A stretch of 64,000 nucleotides of DNA from Trichinella spiralis. Lineage: Eukaryota. This document shows positions 24,690-37,048 of this stretch, piece by piece (positions within the stretch are counted from its first letter, which is position 1; every line of letters starts with the position of its first letter). Made by a program: the position numbers and the translations under genes. The notes beneath the pieces were generated by a model that was given only the letters and a program-made list of their open reading frames with translations, ran no database searches and was not told the DNA's origin. The stretch is taken from NCBI RefSeq assembly GCF_000181795.1, contig NW_003526944.1:1330498-1394497 (forward strand), given 5' to 3'.

Positions 24690-27600
24690 CTAAAAGACGT
24701 AGAAATAAAAAAACGAAAAAAACGACAGCTGAGTAACAACTTTACGGCAACTTGAACTACCACGACGCTGCATTGGTAGGGACTTCAACGTTATTCATAA
24801 TGTAATCCATAACTATCATGAACAATGAGTTCTTAGCAACCTTTGTGCTACTTGCGATGCCTATTTCAATTCCAACACACGCATTTGTACCGTACATTTT
24901 CAAATGAATAGAAAACTTAAAGCGGAATTAATATAGTTATCTAAAAATAAAAAGCACAAATTTATGCTTCCCTAGCTTCAGTACCTGTTAAGTAACTGAA
25001 AGTTAGCTGAAGGAACATTAATGAAGACACCCAATACTTTCCTTACACCATACCCGTATAGTCATGCTGATGACATGCATGCAACAGCCGCATCACAAAT
25101 GTCAAATGCAACTTACCGCTTATTCATAGATGTTATTGAAGAGCAACATAGCAGTTGAACGTGTGCATCACCGCTGACATGAAAATGAAACTAAATATGA
25201 ACGCAGCACTCAGAAATTGTATAGAACTAAGTAAATTATGCAAATAAGCAAGCCACTATGCCTCAGGTGGTATGACCTAATTTTCCATCATTAATTGCGT
25301 AGTGTATAAAGTATTATTAACAGTATAAGAACATGAAATATTTTAGGTTTTTAATTACACATCTCATATTACTTGAAATTTCATTAGTATGCAAATCGAT
25401 TTTACTGAAATTATATGAAAATCTGTTATCGTGATGCAATGAAAACTATGAAAAGCGTTGTCACTTCTTACACATAGTACGTAATACAAGTTAGATGAGA
25501 GCATTACTTACTCTTGTCATGTACAAATGAAGAGAAGTGACAAGTCATGTTATTAAAGTTGAAATTTCAAGTTATCTAGAAAATGTGACAAACCATCTTG
25601 ACGTGCTGCAAATGGCAATGGTATCCTACAATCATAATGTTATATAATCACAAAAGAATATTGAAATCAGTTTTCTCTGTACTTGCATTTGTCGTTCACT
25701 TTTCCAGAATCTTGAAATAGCTGCCTTCAACATTTTTTATAATCTTGCTGGTTCATGTGGTTTAATGTGAATCCGTTTCAAAGTTTGAATGTGAACTGAA
25801 TTAGAATAATCACTCATTAAAAAACAGAAATTCATACTTATTTGTTTTCAGCACCTGACAGGAGTATCTAAACGTTAGGAATAACAAGACTAATGCAAAA
25901 ATATAATGACACGTTAGTTTCTATTCACCACATTTATAAAGTCATGCACCAAATTCAATACAATACAATACAATTCCCGCACCAAAATGTATAATGTAAC
26001 TTACCGCTTATTTATAATTTACACATTGGATTGAAGAGCGGAATTATAGTTGACCACGTGCCATCTACTGACATAGCAATATAATGAAGAACGTACTACT
26101 CCTAAATAGTGTGCAGTAATAAGTAAATAATGCAAATAAAGCAATCCACTACACCTCGCATAGAACACCTTAATTTTCATCATTAACAGCGTAGCGCTAT
26201 AAGAAAAGTGAACAAGTATAATAAATGACGAAGGTTATTACGTTTCTATTTACACATCTCATATTGTGCGAAATTTCATTAGTATGCAAATTTATTACTT
26301 AATATTTTATGAACATCCGTTTACCTGAAGCATTACAAACAATGAATAGCCACTTCATATGCAATTCGATAGAATGATGAGATGATACCAATTGCACAGC
26401 ATAAATAAAGCTCTTGTTATAAAAAGGAATCGGTTTTCATAAACATTTGTAAAACATAATACATTTATTGCCAACAAACAAATTTCCATTCTGTTTCTGT
26501 GTAAACAACTTTCTAATCATAAGCTTTGCATTTCATCATCAATAAAGTTTACTTTACAACACCTTTATGTAAATTCTTTTAGAGCTACACAACTAGCAAT
26601 GTCATTATATTCTACAGTTTAACCTATGAAAAGTTCTTTTTAATAAATTCTCAAGAATTAGTCACTATAAGACAATTACAAAAGTTATTTGAAATACATT
26701 ATTAAATTACAATACTATACAAAAGCAAATATACCCTCAGTCGACAACATTTAAGCTATGCTTGAACGCTAAAAAAGCTTTGCAAAATTAAGCCCAAGTC
26801 AACATAGCAGACCACTCTCAATACAACTGATGATATGGAGACGTTTCTGCCTATGATCGAGATGTCTGTTATTTCTGGAACCATTCAAAAGGCAGTGATT
26901 GACAATGTACATCAGGTGGGACAGGAAGGGTGGGGAAGGGAAATGGCAGGAAGGAGAACATGTGAGATGCAGTATGGGAAGGTTGTTAGAAAGTGAACCA
27001 CTTTCTGTAATTTAACTTTCACACATAATAATCAGGCGTTGTCCTTAACCTGTCAATATTACCAACATGAGGGGAAATGGTTCTACTTATTTAAATATGG
27101 TTAACAATGAAATGCACCAGCATTCTTTATGATAGAGTGGCATCAAAAGAATTTTCAGGTTTCAACAATGTCAGGGCATTATTGATGGTCATTCTGACAA
27201 TTTGGTGAAATAAAGGTAAGGGTGCCCTCGCAAGATCACATCTGGTTTCCAGTCATACCAAACTGTCCTTTACACTGCCGAAGCGATCACTGTAATGTAT
27301 CCGCAGATGCGGCACCAAGTATCAGTGAAGCAACTGACACAAATTAGCCAGTTAATTAGATATTAATTAAAAATAATTAGAATACAATTAATACTATAAT
27401 AAATATTTCTTTTTTTACTGTTCAGTACTCATACAAATAGATTAAACATAAATAAATGGGTATTATAAAATTTTGCTTTATTTATAAATAGCAAAATTAG
27501 TTCATAAATAACGGCAGTGGAAACGTCCGCTGGTTCGTATTCCACTGATGGTTGATCTGTTCGTTTGCGCACACTTACAAAGTACGCAGACTGCTTGACA

Positions 27601-28400
27601 GCTATCTACTCATTTTTAATTTTCAGAATGGAATCAGAAATTATGTGATAGCACTAGCGAATTAAGAAAAATAACTCGCACTGTTACACTTACATATAGC
27701 GATATTCACAGTACGGACTGCAAAAACTGAAGATCAGCAGCATTCGCTATTCAGTATCTGATAAAAAAGGTTTAAGAATTTCGTTGTCAAACTTTAAATT
27801 CAGAGTTGTCATTTATAATTTTAGCAATTTCAAAAGTCAATGAACAAAATGTTTCATCAGCCATGTAATTAATAAAATGCCGTTTGTTTCTTGAACGTCA
27901 TTTAAAGTCAACCCAGATAAAATGCAATTGAACTGCTATTACAGTTCTCAAAACAGACCATATTTTATGCAGTGTGCATGCAGAGATGTGAATGTGAAGA
28001 AGAAAAAAGAAAAGTATGGAAAACCACGAAAATATGTAAAACTTCATACCTGACCGATGGCATGCTACTGATGAGACATGAATCACGTGTAGAGCCGTGA
28101 AATTTTCCAAATGTTGCACGTGGTCCGATGGCATATTCAGTTCAATATTTATAACGTATTGGTTGAAGAGAGGCACCAGAAATAAGCAAATTACCCAGGG
28201 CAGTAGTTAGAGCGTTACTGATCAGCCAATAATTATATAACAACCACTAAAGAATAAACACTGCTTTATATTGGAAATCGCTTACAGATTTGAATGGCAC
28301 AAAGTGCTTTTAGTAGATTGCCGTCGGCAGTATTCATCATCAAATTATCATAATCTTACTTTGGTGACCTGGAAAAGCTCACGTGCCTTTATACCGCAAA
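24690..28400 (-). repeat. Right arm of the long degenerate inverted duplication (D', B2', B1', C', insertion, A')
   Basis: Collinear reverse-complement similarity to 16900-20600, including spacers (25600-25700 with 19095-19190; 26390-26430 with 18320-18360). Confidence 0.85.
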
Positions 28401-28749
28401 ATGAAGTGCTATAACAGCACTACAGATTATACTAACCGTTTACCAAACACCCACTGACCAATTAATTAAACATGGCGTTAATATTTAATCCCCAGTAATT
28501 CATAACTTAAACAAGTTCAAAATTACAATCGTACCTGAACTGCAATGGACAACGAAGTTTGTCACTTTTAATTTGAGTTACAGCAACCCATTATTGTTAT
28601 ATCGTTGCCGTCGGATAAAGCAGCTTACGATGATTCCTTTTAATAGGAAATAACACAGCAAAATAGATATCAGACGCTGTATATTAAAATAAAAAAATAT
28701 GCCAATCAAGAAGGTAACAAGAAATTTTGTTAGAACAACTGAATCTAAA

Positions 28750-29140
28750 ATGGAAATTTTTATCAGAAAGGCAACATTATTGGAAGAAAACTTTTTATCA
28801 TTACTATAATATTTTGCAGTGATTAAATGAACAAGAATATTGTATTTTCAAAACTGATCTGACATTGAAGAACTGGAAGAGCAGATACCAGCTGCAAAAC
28901 ATCAAAAAGAACACCGTAAAATGAATAATCTAAAGTAGAATTTCAAGAAGAATAATTGATGAAGCGTGGAGCGTGTATCGAACTGCAACACGCAAAATTT
29001 ACTTTAAGCTTTAAAGTTATGAATGCATAAATTATGCGTAACCAATATTGCCCAATTTTTATAACGAGAATCAAATTTTATCAGCAATTGAAAATGCGAA
29101 TGGAATGAAGAATTGTTCTTGAATTTTCTTAACATTCTAC
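28750..29140 (+). mobile_element. Possible decayed hAT-family transposase relic
   Basis: Broken frames give KEHRK..RRIIDEAWS..KIYFK..NQILSAIEN..GMKN..F, which resembles the RK..FDE..F.V..D.IISQL..RF.GM segment of hAT/ZMYM1-like transposases. Many stops and frameshifts. Confidence 0.3.
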
Positions 29141-29959
29141 AGCACACCTATATTGTAAAACATGTTTCGTGACGGAGAATAAGTGCAATTCATTGAAAAG
29201 GTGACTTTTTATATAAAATATATTGCAACAATCGTTTTGTTTCTTCATAAAATATCATCTGTGCAAAGAACAAGTTTTGTCATATTTCTCATGAAATCAG
29301 CGAGAGCATATTACCAGAAATTTATGTACTTTTATCTTGCGCAATATTCTTTACAGTTATGAAGAACGTATTTAATAATTCGTTGCATCTTATAGAACTA
29401 TAATAACTTATAATTCTTCATCAGAAAAGATGCCTATAAATAAAACGCACAAGCACATGAGTTTATTATGAACTGTTTGTTAGTTTGTTGTCATTGTCAT
29501 TGTTGTCAGTCTGCGTTTGTTCATTTATTCATTTTTATTCCATTTACAATAAACTGTTTTCAGGAATTAAAACAATTAAAATCTTTGATATGCAACATGA
29601 AAGCAGTGTCAGACAACGAAATGAAATCAACTTAAATAGGTAGAAGCTTGGTATAATTGAGAAGCTAATTCAATAATAAAGATGATGCATCGCAGGCTAT
29701 TCTATAACAGTTATTTTAACTAACCGAAGTTAAATAAAGCATCCCTTACTACAATTATGTATTAATAAATGTTAAAGAGAAACATCGTAGAAAACTGGTT
29801 TGAACTGAGATTTATAAATTTATATTTTACTTTGTTATGGAACAACGTTCATCACAGTAATAAAAATGGACTGACAATTATGATAAATTAGATCCTCAAA
29901 AATGAAATAATGGTCTTTGAATCCCTTTTTCTCCGAAAAAGACATGCATTACATTGAAA

Positions 29960-32900
29960 CGATCAGAATCGATTGAGAAATGACTCGAAATTTATCCGCA
30001 ATCTTTGTACCAAATTCAAAGGGCATTTATTCCGCAACTACCGTGCAGTTTCTGTTGAAACTCTCCAAACAACCTGAATTATTCAAAATAATCAGATTGA
30101 AATGCAATATTTATATAAAATGGCAGATTTTCTGTCCTATTAATGTCACATTCAGAAACCAGCAATTCTGTAAAATTTCTCAAAAAATTATCGTTTGTGG
30201 AATATTGAAAATTTCCACACTTATGACTAGTGCAATATTGTTTGCAAGTATCAACAAAACCATTTTATAATTTATAGCGCTTTTCGAGAACCACGGAAAT
30301 GGTTTTCCTGAATTTACATTTGGATGCCTCGACAAATTCGAATAAATACTCAGTAGTAGCACATTCATCTGTCCTCAATTGTGCATTTATTTGATTTTGT
30401 AGCAATAGCATTTAATTTCTAACGGGGCTTATTACTTTTCGTGCACAATATGCAGAGCCGTATACAACATTGCATACAAAGGGAAGATGGAATCAAATAC
30501 CCACATTTTGGTATCATTAAGAAGCTAAATGAATTATAAAACCGATAATGGAAGAAATGTTCCATGAAATGCTTGTTTTTAAAGAAATCAAAGAGATCGG
30601 AGAGATACGATAGGAAAAGCAAGTATTAATGAATTTTTAACAGCAATATGTCGGGAAATTCAATTCAACTGACAGCTAAACGAAAATAATTTATTAAGAA
30701 AATCAATGCATTCAAAGGAAGAAATAATATATGAGAAAAATTTCGATGTAATGATTCAGTATAAAGAGATTTAAAGATGTTCAACTTTCCAATGTATTAC
30801 AATAGGCGCTGTACCAAATTTAGAGGCCATTTATACCCCACCAAGTAAACTATTTTGTTGTAACTGTGCATAACTCTAGATGTCTTTACCTAAAAGCCAA
30901 TCTATGAAAAAATGTGGAAATTCTGAAAAAACAGTTCGCCGTTTTTCTCAAATGAACCAAGTCCATAGCCCAAAAAATTTCGAAATTTTAGAAGATTATA
31001 TTTGTAACTGAAAATTACTAATATCTGTTTATATGGGTCAGAAAAATGTTCAGAACTTATACAAATTTATCTATGCTCTTCTTCATTGCGTATTTCTCGA
31101 GATATTGCCAAAAAAGTATAACTTGTATTGTGATTATAATCATAATCATAATGAAAGAAGAAGATATGAAACGTCACAATTACTACATTGTATCCCTCTG
31201 TAAACAATTACATCGGTCCCGCGAAGGATTACAACGAAAAAAAGTGGCTAATCTTAAGGGAAATTGCTCTTGATTATCGTTTATTCCGTACATTATCTTT
31301 AATAATTAAAATTTTTGATCACGCAAGTTTTTGATAGATTACGCTTCAGCGATAACAATTATTACATTTAAATGCAATTTTTGTTCGTTGCAGCGGTTTT
31401 TTTCTTCTGTAAATGTCAAATTTTCAAATCGGTATTTTCATTAAATTTCTCAAAAAATCATCGATTGCGGAATAGTGAAAATTTACATACTTAAATCTTG
31501 TAGAATACTGTTTGCAATTATTGATAAAGCATTTTATAATTTGTCGCGCTTTTCGAGAACAACGGAATTGTTTTTCCTGAACTTATAGTTGCATACCTCG
31601 ACAAATTCGAATAATTACCCACCATTAGCCCATTAATTTCTCCTGAGTTGTGAATTTATATAATTTCATACCATTGGCATTTAATTTTTAACGCCGATAT
31701 TCCTTTTCATGCTCATTATGCAGAGTAGTATACAACAGTGGATACAAAGCGAAATGAAATTAAATCCCAACACATTTGTTATGAATAAGAAGCTAAATGA
31801 ATTATGAAACGAATGGTGGGGTGATTTTTCATAAATTGCTTGTTTTTAAGAATAAAGTGATCAGAGGCATACGATGGGAAAAGCAGGTATTAATAAATTT
31901 TTAAGAGTAATATGTTTAGAAATTCACTTCAACATATTGCTAAGGGACGATACATTAATGAAAAACGAATGCGATCGAGGTGATATGTGTTTTATGTGCA
32001 TTAATTAGAAGCTTATGGTCCGCAGTAAGAGATTTGTAGATGTTCAATTCTTCTATGTATTACTGTAGGCACTGTACCAAATTTAGAGGCCACTTATTCC
32101 CCAACTAGTAAACTGTTTACGATGGTACCCTGCATAGCACTTCCACTCTCAACCTCTAGTTCCTACAAATCAAGAGAAAGTTCAAATTCTGAAAATAAAT
32201 TTTCGGCCGTTTTTCTCAAACCAACCAAGTGTGTAGGCCACGAAATTTCGAAATTTTCGAGAAATATATTTTTAACTGAAAATTACTAATATGTGTTTAC
32301 ATGAGTCCGGAAAATGTTCAGAATTTATACAAATTTATCCATGCTCTTCTTCATTGCGTATGTCTCTAGATATTGCCAAAAAGTGTAACTTGTATTGTGA
32401 TCATAATAGTGATGAAAGAAAAAGATATGAAACGTCACGGTTGCATAGGAATGCACATTATATCAGTCTGTAAACAATTACATCGTTCCCGCGAAGGATT
32501 ACAACGAAAAAAAGTGGCTAATCTTAATAGTAATTGCTGTTGATTGTTGTTTATTCCATACAGAATCTTTAATAATTAATAATTTTTGATCACGCAAATT
32601 GATTGATTATTCTTCAGAGATAACAATTATTACATTTAAATGCAATTTTCGTTCGTTGCAGCGGTTTTTTTCTTCTATAAATGTCAAATTTTCAAATCGG
32701 TATTTTCGTTAAATTTCTCAAAAAATCATCGATTGCGGAATATTGAAAATTTACATTCTTAAATCTTGTAGAATATTGTTTGCAATAATTGATAAAGCAT
32801 TTAATAATTTGTCGCGCTTTTCGAGAACAACGGAATTGTTTTTCCTGAACTTATAGTTGCATACCTCGACAAATTCGAATAAATATTGAGCATTAGTCCA

Positions 32901-33085
32901 TTAATTTGCCCTGCATTGTAAATTTGTTCAATTTCATTGCATGTCTAATTTATTTTATCGCCTCCTATTACACTTTGTGCTCATTTTGCAATGCAGTATT
33001 CGATCATTGTTAACATAGCGAAAAACAATTGAAATAGCCACATATTTAGCATCAATGAAAAGCTAAATGAATAATGAAGATTATA
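29960..33085. repeat. ~1.27-kb tandem repeat, about 2.4 copies
   Basis: cctcgacaaattcgaataa at 30327, 31596 and 32864 (spacing 1269 and 1268). aaatttctcaaaaaat, gcgcttttcgagaac and aagctaaatgaat recur with the same period. Confidence 0.95.
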
Positions 33086-34249
33086 ATCGTGGTTCTATTC
33101 TAGGAAGTTTGTTTTCTGAATAACGTAAAGACTTGCAATGCATATGTAGTGACAATCAGGTAGTAATGAATATGTGACACTAATAACTTTGGAAATTCGA
33201 AACAGTTCGAAGTTCGAACATATATAAACATTAATTAATAAAAACTTGTCACTTTCAGTGTAGTTTTCAAATTGCAATTTGTTTTGAAACAACTTTTGTT
33301 TGTGTTAGATAGAAAAAAGAGGAGAATTTAAGAATATGAGGAAAAATGCATTGTCTAAAACTAAAAAATGTAAAAAATGTTTTGTAAATTGATATAGACA
33401 ATCTTCGACCTTTGGAAGCTATTTATTTCACTGATACAGGGATGTCTACGTTGGGCCTGTTTGCCGCACTCTTATTCATTGATGTTTATCAGTAAATGTG
33501 CAGCGTAATGGATCAGATATCTTCTTTTTCATGTAGTACAAATATATTTTTGTTGATATTGTGTGATGGGTTGAATTATAATAAAAAATCAGAAAACAAA
33601 TGAAATCAGAAAGACATTCTACGGTTTATCGTGCAGTTTCCAATTGGAAAGGACATTGATCAATCATCGAACGGTTCTAGAATAAGTCTACAAAAGGACT
33701 ATTAGAATTCAAATCTTTCACGGATAGTAGCGAAACTTTGGGTTCTGTTGATCTACTGTGATATTTTCTAAGGATGTTAAATAAAGAACTGTCCGCATAA
33801 GCAGACTTACAACTCGAAGATAAGATAATTAATTCTGAAGAACGCTGGAACACAGCGGCAGCTGCCTAGGCGCTTTTCAAAACAATTAATTAAAGAGTGT
33901 TTGGCTACTTTGGTATTTCAGAAAAAATGGATGAAGCCTCAGAAGCTGCCAAGAATTAGTGACATTGATGACGTCGACGAGGAAGTGTTTCCAGTCGATA
34001 CCATTTATGAATGGTATAGATTGCTCCCAAACCACCGTTTCTGTGCGCTTTAAGTTCAGCAAAAATCGTGGATGAGAATTTTCAACAGATGAGATCAGTT
34101 GCTGTTCTTCTTGGAGCCCTCCAGAAGATGGTAATTTACATCGTCTATCAGGAATGATTGGAAATAAAAGAAGATGAAACAGAAGGAAAGAGAAGTACCA
34201 GAATGGAGGATATGATGATGATTAGAAATTGAATTCTTTTCCTTCACTC

Positions 34250-36330
34250 ATTCTCTGCGTTTATTAATCAGGCGGTCTTTAACCTATCAATATTGTCAAT
34301 TTCTGCGGGTTTTCTCAATGATCGAAAATGTTGTGGCAGCATTCTTCATAATGCAGCAAAATTATGGAACTTTTCAAAATTCATTTTACAGATTGAAGCA
34401 TCTGATATTTAGAAACACTACAGTTTGAATGATTAAAGTAGGAAATGTTTGCTAAAGCTCGCAACAGGTTTCCTCAATAAAGTCAATAAGGTCCTCCGGA
34501 CAGTCCTTGCGTCAGCAGCAATTTTGGATGAATTCAAGTGTTCTTTTAATGTTTTTTGCATTGCATTTGTGAGTGCTATGGAGGATAAGCTTCTGATTGC
34601 TGTATCTGTTCACTTTAGAATACCGTTCATGATTAAACTTTCTAGAGTCAGAATCGCGAAAAATGCACAATACACTTTTCTACATATGCATTTCAAAAAG
34701 AGCCTGCAGTTTATGCTAAAAATAAATTCTACGTCATCTCAAATAATCGTTTCATTTAAAAATTAGACTTGAACCATCTACAAAAATGTAATTTAAGATT
34801 CTATAATTTATGAATTCAAATGTGTGAAATTAAATATTTAATTAACAGTTGATGAGAAATTCAGATTGCTCGCTATTTCCTTATTTGCTCCTTTGCCTGC
34901 AGTGGAAGAACCTAATTTTCCGCCCGTGATTAAGCGCAGTAGCATAAGCGCAGCAAGCGACATTATTAAATGGCAAAAGTGTTACGTCTTTATTTACATT
35001 ATGAATTATACACATGTCCGTTTGTATTAATATGCAGATTAGTTTTGACTGAAATCATATGAACATCCGTTAACATGAACTCAAATAAATAACCTAGACA
35101 TCAAGCGTTCATTACACCTTATTATTTCACATATAAAATTTCAATTTGTATTCTTTTTTCATTTAGAGTTTGTTGTAAAAAAAGTTTAATATTTTCAAAA
35201 TGAATATATCAGATGTTTCATCTACTGTGAAAGTGCTTTCAAAGTTATCACTTTGATTTGGAAACGGTTCAAAATTGAAAAATCGTCCATTATATGTGGA
35301 AAAGTGCGCTACAGGTTTTACTTTTACGTCATGGGATAATTTCTTACTTTCCATTTATATGAATGCAAAAAAGAACTAGCAAAAAGTCGATTGCTTGCTA
35401 AATGTCATTACAGATAAAAATACTTTCAGAATTCACAAAAATCGAAAAAATTACTATGAAAGGTAGCAAAAAGCGCAATGTTTTACAGACAGTGTTAGAA
35501 AAGAATAAAAAATAAAACTAAACAGCAAGTATATAAGAATTCATACCTGACAGCAGGGACGTTGATGATGAGATCTGATGAAGACATATCGCCGTAAAAG
35601 TTTCCACAGGTTTGGGGTTTGGCGTATTTTCTGCAGAACATTCACAACGAATTTGTAGAAGCAACTCATGAATAATCAGCAAACTACCTAGCGCAGTATA
35701 GAGAGCGAGTATTTGACCCGCTCATAATAAACAGCGCTTTATATATATTTATATAGGAAATCGCTCATGGATTTAAATGGCACAAAGTGCTTTCAGCAGA
35801 ATGACGTCGGCATAGTTCACCATCAGATTATTATAAATTTAGTTTGCTGACGTGTAAATGCACATATTTTTGAATGGCGTGACGCTAAGCTAGCATGGCG
35901 CCTGCAGACTCAATATTATTATACAGTTAGATACTGAGCATGCTCATCTGACAAAATAAATTCATCAATTTTTGAGTTTTCTGAAGTTATTCCATTAAAA
36001 AAATAAAATAAAAAGAAATCTCTGTTAAACCTGACTGAACAGCAAAGTTTATTATGCATAAATTAAACACTTATGAACCATCAGTGGAAGATCACTGACT
36101 ATGACCAAATGAACTTCTTAAAATTTGATTGTTAACTTTCATCGAAATGAAACTAAACACGAATAACGAAGGCCCCAGAACAAAATACGAATTGCATTGC
36201 AAGTAATTGAAATTTTTCGAAAAAGTTTTCATTGTTCAAAAACAATAAAGGCTGATAATAATGAATTTTACAAAAACTTGGAGAAATAATTTTCCCAGAA
36301 ACTGACTGATTTTTACTAGGTAGATTGAAT
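34250..36330 (-). repeat. Third, rearranged copy of the A/B/C repeat modules
   Basis: C' at 34260-34400 (aatcaggcggtctttaacctatcaatatt), B' at 34905-35080, A' at 35520-35900 (ggaaatcgctcatggatttaaatggcacaaagtgctttcagcagaatg). 36060-36330 is the approximate reverse complement of 16560-16860. Confidence 0.8.
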
Positions 36331-37038
36331 ATTGACCGGGAAATATTAAGAACATAGAACTTCCTGTTATGAATATAGTTCGATGCAAAATTCAATGCAC
36401 ATGTCCATATATCTACACCAAAAGAATCTCTCAAGATGTGCAAAATGTTTCTATTTTCATTGTAACAGTTATTACAATAGCACACATATCAACTGAAATT
36501 TTATTAATATTTGAAAATAAATAAATTCAGAATAAATAGATTTTGAACAGCAATTGTTCGAAATGCCTGATCGATGTCTATCCAAAACACAATCATCATA
36601 ATAAATAATATTCCGGAATTTTAATTGGTACCCTTCCTTTTATTATGGAAAATCGGGCCAAAGCCATAATATTTAAAGTCTAAAAAAAAGGGTTTTCCTC
36701 CCAATTTCCATGGAAAAAAAACCTGTCTTTCCAAATGGTTTTTTCCCCCCCGTTTGAAATTCACTCCCTTCCCAAAATTCAAAATAAAAACGCCCGTGCC
36801 CCTAAAAAAAAAATAAACTCGGGGATTTCGTTTTCGGAAAAAAAAAAACAAAATTTTTTCCGGGAATCTCAAAAAAGTGATTCACCATGGGGAATATAAG
36901 CTAATCAATTTTTATCTGGGGTCCCCTTTCTCCAAAAGAAAAAAAATTTTTTTTTCCCCAAAAAAAGGCACTTTTGTGGTTTTGTGAAAAAAGGTTTCCC
37001 CCCCCCTTTTTGTGGTTTTTTTGGACGAAAAAAAAATA

Positions 37039-37048
37039 NNNNNNNNNN
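37039..37048. other. Assembly gap (10 N)
   Basis: Run of N preceded by ~430 bp of homopolymer-inflated, low-quality sequence. Confidence 0.99.

Noticed and set aside
36621..36872. 83-aa ORF and homopolymer-rich tract
   Set aside because: Low-quality read end next to the gap; a corrupted copy of the sequence after 38590.
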